Positions 20,430 to 31,846 of a stretch of DNA of 64,000 bases are shown here, piece after piece. The notes under the pieces are model-generated. The model worked only from the letters and a program-made list of their open reading frames with translations, was not told the origin of the DNA and ran no database searches. The DNA is from Polyangiales bacterium. Lineage in GTDB: Bacteria > Myxococcota_A > Polyangia > Polyangiales > JADJQN01. The translations under genes were made by a program, and so were the position numbers. How positions within the stretch are numbered: the stretch's first letter is position 1; the number at the start of each line of letters is the position of its first letter. The stretch lies in the NCBI GenBank assembly GCA_964202905.1, contig CAXNJO010000001.1:160001-224000 (forward strand), written 5' to 3'.

Positions 20430-22288
20430 CGCCTGCCTCCCTCTGCTGCTGCTGAACGCCCTCGGCGCCACCTGGAATGTTGAATTCGACGCGCCGGTTC
20501 TGCGCGTGTTCGGCCGCCGTCGACGCGTTCGCGACGCGCGGGCGGTCCGGTCCGTAGCCGTGTGCCTCGAGGCGCGTGGCCGCGATCTGGCCGCGGTCGA
20601 CCAGGAAGCGGACGACCGACTCGGCGCGACGCTGGCTCAGCGTGATGTTGCGCTCGCGGCGGCCGCGGGCGTCGGTGTGGCCCTCGACGAGCACGCGGGT
20701 GATCTCCGGGTGCGCGCGGAGCACGGCCGCGACGTTCTCGAGCAGCGGGAAGCTGCGCGGGAGGATGTCGGCCGCGTTGGTCTTGAAGAAGACCTCCTCG
20801 ATGATGCGGAGACCACTCTCCGGTGATGGTCACGCGCTGCGCCTCGCGGCAGCCCTGGAACTCGACGGTCCCGGGCTCGTCCGGGCAGTTGTCGGCCAGA
20901 TCCGCGACGGAGTCCGCGTCGCGATCGCGCACCGGGCAGCCCTGCTCGGCGGCGACGCCGGGCTCGGAGACGCAGCGGTCGTCGGCGTCGAGCACGCCGT
21001 CGCCGTCGTTGTCGGGGTCCGGGCAGCCGTTCTCGTCCTCGAAGCCGTCGCGGTCCTCGGGCTGCGCGGGGCAGGCGTCGACGTCGTCGGTGAGGCCGTC
21101 GCCGTCCGTGTCGGGCACGGTGTCGGGGCAGCCGTCGGTGTCCTCGTGGCGGTTCACCGTCTCGGGCTCGAGGCGGCAGGCGTCCGCGGTGTCGGGGATG
21201 CCGTCGCGGTCGTCGTCGAGGTCCGGACAGCCGTCCGTGTCCTCGAACGTGTCGACGTCCTCGGGCGCCGTCACGCAGCGATCGATGTCGTCGAAGAGGC
21301 CGTCGCCGTCCGTGTCGCGCACCGGCGCCGCCGTCGGCGTCGCCCAGCCGAGCTGAAGGACGCCGCGCAGGTCGGGGCTGCCGAAGCCGCGCGCGAGGCC
21401 GGGGCCGGCCGCGAGCGTCGCGACGAAGCCGCTCGCGTGAGCGAAGCGGGCGCCCGCCGTCGCCTCGAGCGCCGTGCCCTCGCGCTCGCCGACGCGCTCG
21501 AAGGCGCTGTCGCCGTACGCCTGCACGAGCACGTCGAGGTGCGTGCGGTCGTCGGTCTCGTCCTTCCACGCGAGGAACGTGGCGCCGAGCCCGTACGTCA
21601 GCTCGCTGCCGAAGCCGAGGTTCGAGAGGCTCGCGACGCTGTCCTTGCGGACGCGTGCGCCGAGGTTCGCGACGAGGCGGATGCCCGCCGTCGGCCGCAG
21701 CTCCGCGAGCAGCTCGGGGGAGAAGGTCACGCTCCGATCGCCGCGGTACGCGACGTCGTCCGGCACGCCCGACGAGGGCGCCGTGACGCGGGCCTGCAGC
21801 GCGAGCGCGAGCAGGTCGCCCGGCGCGCCGAGGAGCCGCACGCGCGCACCGAGGAAGGCGTCGCCGAGCCCGGCGCCGTCGGCGGCCTGCACGCCCGTCG
21901 CCATGAGCGCCGGGTCCGTGTCGCCGTCCATCACCAGCGTCGCGGGGAGGCCGGCGAAGACCACCACGCGGTCGAAGAGCCCGAGCGAGAGCCCGAGCGT
22001 GCCGACCAGCTGGTGCCGGACCACGGCGAACCCTTCTGTGCCCGAATCACCGCTCACGCTCTCGTACACGAGCGGGTCGAGGCCGTAGTCGAAGACCAGG
22101 TGCGCGCCGAGGCGCAGGTGGCCGAGGTCCGTCGCGCGCGCGAGGTGGAGGTCATCCTCTGGCGTCGGGGCAGCGCGGAAGCGGTCGAGCGTGGCGGCCG
22201 GCTGCGCGGCGGCGACGGTGGCGCAGAGCGCCCAGCTTGCCGCGAGCGCGGCGGGGAAGGTCCATGTCCTCACGTGAGGATTCTCCAT
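20410..22288 (-). CDS. OmpA-family outer-membrane protein with beta-barrel, TSP3 repeats and OmpA C-domain (TraB-like); one frameshift near 20820
   Basis: Barrel-like N-region, PEDxDxFEDxDGCPD repeats. Removing one base near 20820 joins it to VFFKTN...VLVEGHTD...LSQRRAESV...GYG...NRRVEF, ending at 20410. Confidence 0.88.
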
Positions 22289-22435
22289 TCAGGTCGGGGG
22301 AGCGCGGGGCACGCTCCGGGGTGACCAAATACGGCAGTCCGCCGGAAATGTGGAGGGGGCGTCCCTGTTTTGGGGGATGTCCCGCGCCGGGACGGGCAGG
22401 CCATGCGCGGCGGGCCTGTGCTAGACCGCGCGGTC

Positions 22436-23188
22436 ATGAGCGCCACCACGGACACCGGGCTCCTCCGCGCCTACGGCGATCGCGACGGCGACGGCATGGT
22501 GCAGATGTCCTTCACGCTGAAGGTGGCGCCGGGCGCCCTCGCCAAGGAGGCCGCGCGGCAGTTCGCCGAGGCCCACGGCCTGCGCGAGGCGCTCGTCACC
22601 GCCATGGAGCAGTGCGGACCCGGCTTCACGTACTTCGTCGTGTACGGGCACAGCAAGCACCACGTCGACCTCGCGCAGATCGAGGTCCCCGAGGTCGCGA
22701 TCCCCGACCTCGACAAGAAGGAGATCGACCACCGCATCGAGGAGGAGCTCGGGCGCAAGGTCGTCGTCGTCGGCGCGTGCACCGGCTCGGACGCGCACAC
22801 CGTCGGCATCGACGCGATCCTCAACATGAAGGGCTACGCCGGGGACAAGGGCCTCGAGTCGTACAAGTGGTTCGACACCCACAACCTCGGCGCGCAGGTC
22901 GAGAACGAGGCGCTCCTCGCGCGGGCGCTCGCCGTCGGCGCGGACGCGGTGCTCGTCAGCCAGGTCATCACGCAGCGCAACTCCCACAAGGAGAACGCCC
23001 GCGCGCTCGTCGACCTGATGCAGCGCGAGGGCGTGCGCGACCGCTTCGTGCTGATCTTCGGCGGGCCGCGCGTCGACCACAAGCTCGCGCTCGAGCTGGG
23101 CTTCGACGCGGGCTTCGGGCCGGGCACGCTGCCGAAGCACGTCGCGGCCTACGTGATGACGCGGATGATCGAGCGGAAGCACGCGTGA
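22436..23188 (+). CDS. kamE: Lysine 5,6-aminomutase beta subunit (B12-binding)
   Basis: [46 protein letters not shown]. Confidence 0.95.
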   Translation: MSATTDTGLLRAYGDRDGDGMVQMSFTLKVAPGALAKEAARQFAEAHGLREALVTAMEQCGPGFTYFVVYGHSKHHVDLAQIEVPEVAIPDLDKKEIDHRIEEELGRKVVVVGACTGSDAHTVGIDAILNMKGYAGDKGLESYKWFDTHNLGAQVENEALLARALAVGADAVLVSQVITQRNSHKENARALVDLMQREGVRDRFVLIFGGPRVDHKLALELGFDAGFGPGTLPKHVAAYVMTRMIERKHA

Positions 23189-23273
23189 AGGACGCACGCG
23201 CGGTGGCCGCCGAGGGGTGGCCGGGCGCGGCGCGGTGGGGAACGACGCGCGCGCGGCGCGCAGGGAGCGAGAC

Positions 23274-23684
23274 ATGAGCGAGCAGAATCTCCGGGTCGTC
23301 CTGCGGCTGCGCATCGGCGCGCACGACGCCCACTACGCCGGCGAGCTCGTCGACGGGGCGAAGTGCCTGCAGCTCTTCGGCGACGTCGCGACCGAGCTGC
23401 TCATCCGGCACGACGGCGACGAGGGCCTCTTCCGCGCCTACGACAGCGTCGAGTTCCTCGCGCCCGTGCGCGCGGGCGACTACCTCGAGATCGAGGGCGA
23501 GCTGCTCTCGGCGGGGCGCACCAGCCGCAAGATGCGCTTCGAGGCGCGCAAGGTGATCGAGAACGTGCGCGGCGTGCCGGGCGTCGCCGCGAGCGCGGCC
23601 GACGTGCTCGAGCCGCCCGTCGTCGTGTGTCGCGCGACGGGGACGTGCGTGGTGCCGGCGGAGTTCCAGCGGAGGGCGCGATGA
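23274..23684 (+). CDS. kal: 3-aminobutyryl-CoA ammonia-lyase (hotdog fold)
   Basis: [46 protein letters not shown]. Confidence 0.92.
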   Translation: MSEQNLRVVLRLRIGAHDAHYAGELVDGAKCLQLFGDVATELLIRHDGDEGLFRAYDSVEFLAPVRAGDYLEIEGELLSAGRTSRKMRFEARKVIENVRGVPGVAASAADVLEPPVVVCRATGTCVVPAEFQRRAR

Positions 23685-24520
23685 GCGAGCAGCAGCAGGC
23701 GGGCGAGATCATCCTCACGGCGGCGATCGTGGGCGCGGAGGTGACGCGCGAGCAGACGCCCTACCTGCCGATCACGCCCGAGGAGATCGCCGCCGAGGCG
23801 CGCCGCTGCCGGGACGCGGGCGCCGCGGTCATCCACCTGCACGTGCGCGATCCCGATGGCCGCCCGACGCAGTCGCGCGAGCGATTCCGCGAGGTGATCG
23901 AGGCGATCCGCGCCGAGACGGATGTGATCGTGCAGACCTCGACGGGCGGCGCGGTCGGCATGAGCGTGGACGACCGCGTGCAGCCGCTCGAGTGCGCGCC
24001 CGAGATGGCGACGCTCAACTGCGGGACCATCAACTTCGGCGACGAGATCTTCGAGAACTCGCTCCCGCAGATGCGCGCCATCGCCGCGCGCATCCGCGCC
24101 GCGGGCGTCGTCCCCGAGCTCGAGCTCTACGAACTCGGGCACCTCGACAACGCGCTGCTCCTCGCGAAGGAGGGCCTGATCGCCTCGCCGCTGCACGTGC
24201 AGTTCGTGCTCGGCGTGCGCGGCGCGGTGGGCGCGCGCCCGGAGGTGCTGCGCTTCTTCGTGTCGCAGCTGCCGGGCGACGGCACGTGGGGCGTCGCGGC
24301 GACGGGCCGCCACCAGCTCCCGATGGCCGAGCTCGCGACGGAGCTCGGCGGCAACGTGCGCGTCGGGCTCGAGGACAACATCTATCTCGACAAGGGCGTG
24401 CTCGCGGAGGGCAGCGCGCCGCTCGTCGCGCGCGCCGCGTTCATCGCGCGCGCGCGCGGGCGGGAGCCCGTCTCGACGGCCCGCGCCCGCGAGATCCTCG
24501 GCATCCGCGCGCCGGGCTGA
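23681..24520 (+). CDS. kce: 3-keto-5-aminohexanoate cleavage enzyme (BKACE)
   Basis: [33 protein letters not shown] overlap with kal. Confidence 0.93.
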   Translation: MSEQQQAGEIILTAAIVGAEVTREQTPYLPITPEEIAAEARRCRDAGAAVIHLHVRDPDGRPTQSRERFREVIEAIRAETDVIVQTSTGGAVGMSVDDRVQPLECAPEMATLNCGTINFGDEIFENSLPQMRAIAARIRAAGVVPELELYELGHLDNALLLAKEGLIASPLHVQFVLGVRGAVGARPEVLRFFVSQLPGDGTWGVAATGRHQLPMAELATELGGNVRVGLEDNIYLDKGVLAEGSAPLVARAAFIARARGREPVSTARAREILGIRAPG

Positions 24521-24589
24521 CCCCGCGCCGCCCCGGTGGCGGTCGGCCCGATGGGTCGCCGCCGCCGCGACATCGCGCGCGGCAGCGGG

Positions 24590-26104
24590 TCAGGCGCGCA
24601 CCGGCGCGGGCATCGAGAGCGGTGTGCCGGTGTGCCCCTCGACGCGGTTCCGGCCGCGCCGCTTGGCCGCGTAGAGCGCCTCGTCCGCGCGCACGAGGAG
24701 CATGTCGGCGCCTTCGCCGGGGAGCAGCGCCGCGACGCCGAGGCTGATGGTGAGGCGGCCGCCCGGCTGCGTCGCCCCGCCCGGGATGGGCTGCGCCTCG
24801 ATCTGCGCGCGCAGCTTCTCGGCGACGTCGAGCGCCTCGTCGAAGCCGGTCTCCGGGAGCACCACGAGGAACTCCTCGCCGCCCGTGCGCGCCACGGTGT
24901 CGATGCGCCGCACCGTCGCGACGAGCTCGGCGGCCACGGCGCGGAGCGCGGCGTCGCCGGTCGGGTGGCCGAGCGTGTCGTTGAGGACCTTGAAGTGGTC
25001 GATGTCGATCGCGACGACCGAGAGCGCGTGCCCGAAGCGCTGCGCGCGCTCGATCTCGCGGTCGAGGCGGCGCGCGAGGGCGCGGCGGTTCGCGAGGCGC
25101 GTCAGCTCATCCGTCGTCGAGAGGGCGCGCAGCTCGTCGACGACCTGCGCGTGGCGGATCGCGAGCGCGGCCTGATCCGCGATCGCGCCGAGCAGCCGCC
25201 GCTCGACCTCGGTGAGCGGGTCGCTCCCGGCGCGCGTCACGCCGAGGATGCCGAGCAGGGTCCCGCGCAACTGGATCGGGAAGGCGCCGAACGAGCCCGT
25301 GCGCTCTGCCTGCCCCCAAAAAGCGAGATATTCCGAGTGTTTGGAGACGTCGTCGAGCACCACCTGGCCGCCGGTGCGCACGACCTCGCCCGCGAGGCCG
25401 ACGCCCGCCTCGACCTGATGACCGAGCACGCGCTCGGGCTCCGCGAAGCCATGGACCGCGCGGACGGCGTAGCGGGGCGGATCGTCCGACGCGCGCAGGA
25501 AAATGGCGGCCTCGCGCAGCCGGAGCCCGCCGCCGATGCGCGAGACGAGGGCACGCAGCACCGCGTCGAGCTCCGTCTCGGTGACGCTCACGCGCAACAG
25601 ATCGAAGACGAGCTGCCGCTCGGCGAGGCGCGCCTCGAGCTCGAGCGTCTTCGCGGCGAGGATCTCCTCGAGGCGGAGCTTCTCGCGCGTCTGCGCGAGC
25701 TCGCGCCCCTGGTCGATCAGGCTGACGCGCAGGCTCGTGACGCGCGCGAGCAGGTGGTTGAGCGCGTCGCCCGCCTCGGCGAGCTCGTCGTCGCCCGTGA
25801 TGGGGATGCGCAGGAGGTAATCGCCGGCGTCCGCGCCCTCGACGAAGTGCGCGATCTCGCGGAGCCGCCGCGCGACGAGTCGCTCGACGATGACGGAGGC
25901 GATGACCGCGGCCGCCCCGGCGCTCGCGAGGATGCAGCCGACCACCAGCGCGAGCGGCAGCCGGCCGACGAAGGCCTCGATGATCGAGAGCTGCGACGCG
26001 GCGCCGATCGCCGCACCGACGCCTCCCACGAGGGCCGCGAGGTGCCAAAGCCGACCCCGCCGCGCGCCCGGACTCTGCACGCGGGGAGCGCCGGGAGTCT
26101 GCAC
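24590..26104 (-). CDS. Membrane HAMP-GAF-GGDEF diguanylate cyclase (start uncertain)
   Basis: Two TM helices, DELAEAGDALN (HAMP), GAF, DELTRLANRR, DIDHFKVLNDTLGH, RxxD I-site, GGEEF. Confidence 0.92.
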   Translation of the reverse strand: MQTPGAPRVQSPGARRGRLWHLAALVGGVGAAIGAASQLSIIEAFVGRLPLALVVGCILASAGAAAVIASVIVERLVARRLREIAHFVEGADAGDYLLRIPITGDDELAEAGDALNHLLARVTSLRVSLIDQGRELAQTREKLRLEEILAAKTLELEARLAERQLVFDLLRVSVTETELDAVLRALVSRIGGGLRLREAAIFLRASDDPPRYAVRAVHGFAEPERVLGHQVEAGVGLAGEVVRTGGQVVLDDVSKHSEYLAFWGQAERTGSFGAFPIQLRGTLLGILGVTRAGSDPLTEVERRLLGAIADQAALAIRHAQVVDELRALSTTDELTRLANRRALARRLDREIERAQRFGHALSVVAIDIDHFKVLNDTLGHPTGDAALRAVAAELVATVRRIDTVARTGGEEFLVVLPETGFDEALDVAEKLRAQIEAQPIPGGATQPGGRLTISLGVAALLPGEGADMLLVRADEALYAAKRRGRNRVEGHTGTPLSMPAPVRA

Positions 26105-26200
26105 GCGCCCGAGACTCCGCCGCGCCGCCAGCGCCGTCAACTCGAGAGCGCAGGGTCCAGGGCGGTGCGGTGACCCGCACCATGGACATACCAGCGCAGT

Positions 26201-26265
26201 GCGGGGACCGGCCAATGCGGGGACCGGCCAATGCGGGGACCGGCGCAGCGCGGGGACCGGAGCAG
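26201..26265. repeat. Four copies of gcggggaccgg (16-17-bp period) abutting the tRNA 3' end
   Basis: Read directly from the sequence. Confidence 0.8.
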
Positions 26266-26339
26266 TGGCGATGGAGGGACTCGAACCCCCGACCTAGCGC
26301 GTATGAAACGCCCGCTCTAACCGGCTGAGCTACATCGCC
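26266..26339 (-). tRNA. tRNA-Met (CAT), elongator-like; CCA not encoded
   Basis: GGCGATGTAGCTCAGCCGGTTAGAGCGGGCGTTTCATACGCGCTAGGTCGGGGGTTCGAGTCCCTCCATCGCCA folds as a cloverleaf with G1-C72 paired. Confidence 0.93.
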
Positions 26340-26519
26340 AAGAGGCCGCGAAGTATAGGGAGCACCCCCGCGCTGTCAAACGTGGTCGCGCGCATCCGGG
26401 TGCGTCCGCGGTGGAAGAACCTCCGGCCGGGACGCACGTCCAAGCGTGGCATCATCGTGCCGCGCCGCATCGGCGGCGACGCCCGGGGCCGTGTCTGCAC
26501 GGCGGAGGTCACTCGTTCC

Positions 26520-29500
26520 ATGTCGCCCTCTCCACGCTTCCGCCGTCCGCCCGCGCTCGCCGCGCTCCTGCTCGCCCTCGGCGCGTCGTTGCCCGCCCCG
26601 CCCGACGCCCGCGCCGACGACCCGGCGCGCAGCGGGCCGGCGATCGGCTACGAGCTCGCGCTCTTCGGCACGCCGCAGGCGAGTTACGGCGGGACGCTGC
26701 GCGTGCGCGGCATCGCGTACGAGGTGCGTGGCCTCGCCGACCTCGTGCCCCTCGCGCAGGGCGAGGTCGTCGCGCGGCTCACCTCCGTCACCGACGCGCG
26801 CACCGGCGCGCGCAGCACCGCGTCGTCGCGCGCGGTCACGCCGGGCGCGGGGGCGCGCTTCGAGGTCGTGCTCGAGGTGCCCGAGCAGGCGCTCGCGGCG
26901 CCACGCCTCGAGCTGACCGTGCGGCGGCGCGGGGCCGCGGGGCGCGAGCTGTCGTGGCCCGTCGCGCTCGGCTCGCCCGTCTCGCTCGATCTGCTCACGG
27001 ACCGCGTCCTCTACGAGCCCGGCGAGCCCGTGCACGCGTGGGCCCGTCTCGTGCGGACGGACGACGGCGCGCCGGTCGGCGGCCACGAGGTGTCGCTCGT
27101 CGTCGTGGGTGCCAGCGGAGAGCGCGTCGCGGAGCGCACCGTCACGACCAGCGCGGCGGGCCTCGCGACGATCGAGACGCCGCTCGCCGCGAGCGCTCCG
27201 GAGGGCACCTACCTCGTGACCGCGCAGGCGCTCGGCGGCACGGCGACCGCGAGCGCGACCCGCGCCGTGCGCGTCGGCCGGCGCACCGTCGAGCGGCTCC
27301 TGGTCGCGGCGACGCTCGACCAGGCGGTCGTCCCGCCGGCGGGCACGCTCTCCGGCCGCGTCGAGGTGCGCACGCCGAGCGGGGCCGCGGTGCGCGGCGC
27401 GCGCGTCACCGTCACGACCACGGGGCGCAGCGAACCGCTCGTGCTCGAGACGGACGGCGAGGGCCACGCGCGCTTCCGGACGACGGCGCCCGCGTTCCTG
27501 CAGGGCGACCTCGCGACGGCGTACGTCGACGTGGAGGCGACGCACCCGGCGCATGGCACGGCCCGGACGCGCGCGTCCTATCAGCTCGCGCGGGTCGAGT
27601 GGATCGTCGCCGCGACGCCCGCTGCCGGCGCGCTCGTCCCGGAGGTCGACGCCGAGGTGTACCTCGCCGTGAGCGACCCGCGCGGCCGCCCCGCGCCCGC
27701 GGACACCGCGCTCGTCGCGACGGGGCCCGGCGTGCGCGGCGGCACGCAGCAGGTGACCACCGACGCGCACGGCCTCGCGGTCGTGCCGATGCGCCTGCCG
27801 CGCGGGGCCGCGGCGACGCTCACCGGGGGCGGCGCGGGCTGCGCGGGGCAGGTCGCGACGCTCGTCGCGGTGACGATCGCGACCGCGCGGCCGCTCACCG
27901 CGCGCGTCTGCGTGCGCGTCGCGCCCGAGGCGCAGGTCGCCGTGCGTGTGCAGGCGCCCGTCGTCGCGGTCGGCGGCGAGGTCGGCTTCGACGTGCAGCG
28001 GCGCGAGTCCGCGCGCGGGCGGCCGGTGCTCGTCGAGGCGCTCGCCGGGGAGCGCGCGGTCGCCGCGGCCTGGCTCGAGGGCGGCGCGACGCACGGCGTG
28101 CTCACGCTGCCGGCGGGGCGCGCGGGCATCGTGCGGATCCGGGCGCGCGCGCTCGTCGCGGAGAACACCCTCGCACCGGCCGAGGAGCCCGTGCTCGCGG
28201 GCGCCGGGACGGGCGCGCTCGACGCGGTGCTCGTCCGGCCTGCGGACGCCTTCACGCTGCGGGTGGAGACGGATCCCGAGCCTGCGCACGTCCGCACGCG
28301 GGCCCGCGTGGCGCTCCGCACGGACACGCCGCGCGAGGGCTGGGCGGCCGTCGTCGCACGCGATCTCGCGGCGCACGGCGGCGAGACGCCATGGTCGCTC
28401 GCGTGGCTCGGGGGCGTGCTGCAGTCGGCGGCCGCGCAGCCGGGCGAGCCGGGCAGCGAGCGTGCGCTCCGGGCCGCCCTCGCCGCGACCCTCCCGCCCG
28501 ACTCGGAGCCGGCGCGCCCCCCCGCGCTCCTCCCGCGCCCGGGCGATGCCCCGCGCTGGTACGCGCCCCAGCTCTCGGAGGCGCGCGGCCAGCTCCGCGA
28601 TCCGGTCGCGCTGCGCGGCGAGCTGCTCCGGCGCGGCGTCGCGGGCCCGATGCTCGCCCTCGAGCGCGCGCTCACCGGGCTCGACGGCAGCGAGGCGGGC
28701 GGCCGCGGGATCGTGGCGCGCAGCGCGTCCGGTATCAGCTTCGATGCGGATGCGCTCGCCACGCTGGTCACGCGGGGCGCGCTCGCGCCGGGCGCCGCAC
28801 GCACCCTCGGGGACACGCCGCTCACCGTCGCGCAGCTCACGCAGTCGGATCCCGGTTTCACTTTCGATACTGTCGCGCACCGCGTCACGCGCGGTCGGCT
28901 CGTGGCGCTGCTGGTCGCGCTCGCGCGGCTCGGGAACCCGGACGACGAGAACGCGGCCCGGGCCGTCGCGGGGCAGCCGCCCGAGCGTTGGTTGTCGACG
29001 CTGGTGCGCCTCCGGCTGGTGCCGGCGTCGACGCTGCTCGACGCGTGGGGGCGTCCCTTCGCCTTCCGCCGCGTCACGGCGGGCGCGCCGACGCTCGTCG
29101 TCGCGCAGGGCGCGCCCGACTGGGAGTGCGTCTCGGCGGGGCGCGACGGGCGCGTCGGGACGGCCGACGACGTGCGCGACCCGTTCGCGCGCGCCGTGCC
29201 GCGCGGCACCCCGTACGCGGTCGCGAGCGGCGAGGACGCGCTCATGGGGCGCCTCGCCGCGCTCGGGCCGGGCGCGCGCGTGCTGCTCGCGATGGCCGAG
29301 GCCTACGACGCGGTCGCGCTCGCGACGCGCGAGGAGGCCCGTCGCGGCGTCGTGACCGCAGCCGCGAGCGAGGCGCAGGCCGCACCGGCCGAGGCGTTCG
29401 CCGAGTCGCTCAGCGAGGCGGAGGACGAGGGCGGCAGCGGCATGGTCTACGGGACGGGGCGCGGCGGCATGGCCGCGCGGCGCGCTGTGGGCGCGTCCCC

Positions 29501-31846
29501 ACCACCTGGCGCACCCGCGCAGGCGTCCCGGATGCGCGCCGATGGGGACGCGCGCGAGGAGTCCGCGCTCGAGCGCAACGCGAGCGACGCGCGCCCGAGC
29601 AGCGGCGGCTCACGCCTCGCCGCGATGGGCGAGCTGATCCGCGAGCGCTTCCCGGCGACGCTCTTCGTGTCGGGCGAGCAGCCGCTCGCGCAGAGCGGCG
29701 TGACGCTCGTCGAGATCCCCGTCGCCGACGCGCTCACGACCTACGTCGTCGAGGCCATCGCCTGGACGCGCAGCGGCTGGACGACCAGCGCGAGCGGCGC
29801 GCTGCGCGTGGACCAGGACGCGATGGTCGACGCGCCCGTGCCGCCCTTCGCGACGGCGGGCGACACGCTGCGCCTCCCGGTGCGCATCGCGAACCGCACG
29901 CGGCAGCCGCTGCGCGCGCGCGTCGAGGTCTCCGCGGAGGGCGGCCTCGCAGCGACGGCCCCCGCGCCGCGCAGCGTAGAGGTGCCGCCGGAGGACGCCG
30001 TGGAGGTGATGCTCGATGTGCGCGTCGGGAACGCGGGAGAGGGTTCACTCGTGATACGCGCCGTGCGCGACGCGGACGGGAGCCCGCTCGACGCGGTGCG
30101 CCGCCCGCTGACGGTCTGGGCGGACGCGCGGCGCGTGCGGATCGCGGACGAGCGCCTGCTCGACGGGAGCGCGGTGTTCACGTGGGAGCAGCCCGCGGGC
30201 GCGTCGGCGCGCGGTCCGGGCGAGCTGCGCATCACGTCCGGGCACGCGCTCTTCGGGGACGTGATCGCGTGGGGCCAGGAGGGCGACGCCGTGGCGGCGG
30301 GCTGGGCGCTGCGGGTCGGCGGGCTCCCGGTGCCCGAGCCGCTGCGCGCCGCCGCCCGCGCGCGCCTCGAGGGCGACGGGGACGACGACGTCCCGGAGGG
30401 CTGGGACGTCGGGGGCGTGGCCCGCGCGGTGGGTGTCGCGTGGGAGGACGACGCGCTCGCCGACGCGCGGCTGCGCGCGGGGCTGCGGGCGCTCGGCGCG
30501 CTGCTCGACGAGGCCTTCGCCAGCACGCGCGAGGACACGGACTACCCGACGGAGGAGCGCATCGTGCCGCCGCCGCCCCCCGGCGGGGGCGATCCCGTCG
30601 CGGTGGAGCGGAGCGCGAACGCCCTCGCGATGCTGGCGCCCGCGGTGCGCGCGGCCTCGCGCCGGCCGGCCGTCGCGCGGGACCTGTCGCGGCTCGTCGC
30701 GCGGCTGCGGGCGCGCGTCGCGCAGGGCGGCGCGGCCCTCTCCGAGTCGCCCGCGCTGAGCGCCGAGTGCGCCGCCGCGCTCGCGCTCACGGCCACGGCC
30801 GGGACACCGGACGCGCGCGCCCGCGAGCTGCTGCGGCGCGCTGAGCGCGGGGTCGTGACGGTCGGCGAGAGCGCCTTCCTCGATCCCGACGACGCGCCGA
30901 CCCTCGCCGCGGCCCGCGTCGCGCCGACGGCTTGCTCGCGATCGCGCGGGCGCTGGTCGTCGGGCGCGCCGACGCGCTCGCGCCGCTGCGCGCGCTCCTC
31001 GCGCTGCGACGCGGCGCGGCCTCCTGGGACGACGCGGTGCGCGGGCTCGCGACGGCGGCGGTCGCGCTCGTCTCCGGGCGCGACGGCGCGCGCGGCGTGA
31101 CGGTGCGCGTCGATGGCGAGCCCGTCCCCGTGCGCGAGGAGCCGCAGGCGGCCGTCGCCGTGCTCACGACGCTGGCGCGGCCGGGGGCACACCGCGTCGA
31201 GGTGCGCGCGGCGGCGGGCTCCCTCGCGCTCGCGCTGCTCGAGGTCCGCTACGGCCTGCCGTGGGACGCGCGCCCCGCGCGACGCGCGCCGCTCGCGCTC
31301 ACGGTCGACGGCGAGGCCGGTCCGCGTGATGGGCGCGCCGGGCTCGCGCTCACGCTGCGCAACCAGGGCGCCCGCGTGCTGCCGAGCCCGGTGGTCGAGC
31401 TCGACCTGCCCGCCGGTGCGGAGCTCGACGAGCCCACGCGCGAGCGCCTCGCGTCGCTCACCGCCGCGGCGCCTGCGCTCGAGGGCCGCACGCTGCGGCT
31501 GCGCCTTCGCCCGCTCGCGCCGGGCGGCTACGTCCGCCTGCCGCTGCCGCTGCGCTGGAGCACCGGCGGCGCGCTGCGCGGGCTCGGGGTCACGGCGTGG
31601 GACGACGCGCTCCCCGCAGGGCTCGCGGAGCCGCCGATCGCCCTGCTCCCGTCGCGCACCGTGACCATCGCCGATCGCGGCGCCGCGCTCCCCGAAGCGG
31701 ACGACGCGGCCTCGCCCGAGCCGGCCCCGCCCCCACCCCCACCGCCCCCCATGCCCATGCCGCTGCGGCGCGTGCGCCCGCTCGCGCCGGTGAGCGCCGT
31801 CCCCACGCCGCGCCGTGACGCGCGCCTCGCCGAGGTGTCCCGATGA
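26520..31846 (+). CDS. Alpha-2-macroglobulin-like protein 1 (MG domains, GspG-like insert); frameshift near 30931
   Basis: Signal peptide; LLTDRVLYEPGEPV (MG2); IRERFPATLF...IPVADALTTYVVEAIA (A2M); continues in ORF 30932..31846 (VVELDLPAG). Confidence 0.8.

Noticed and set aside
8010..20483. Very long alternative-frame ORFs (8010..12677, 11345..15061, 15369..20483; likewise 26411..30844 and 44103..47513)
   Set aside because: They are Arg/Ala/Pro-rich or antisense shadows of recognisable genes, expected when stop codons are rare at this GC content.
14931..22435. gcgcggtc near both ends of the insert as a target-site duplication
   Set aside because: It is only 8 GC-rich bases, likely to occur by chance, and not exactly at defined boundaries.
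26266..26520. tRNA-Met as the attachment site of an island carrying the A2M genes
   Set aside because: No integrase and no duplicated tRNA 3' end were seen. The A2M genes lie on the 5' side of the tRNA and have host-like composition.
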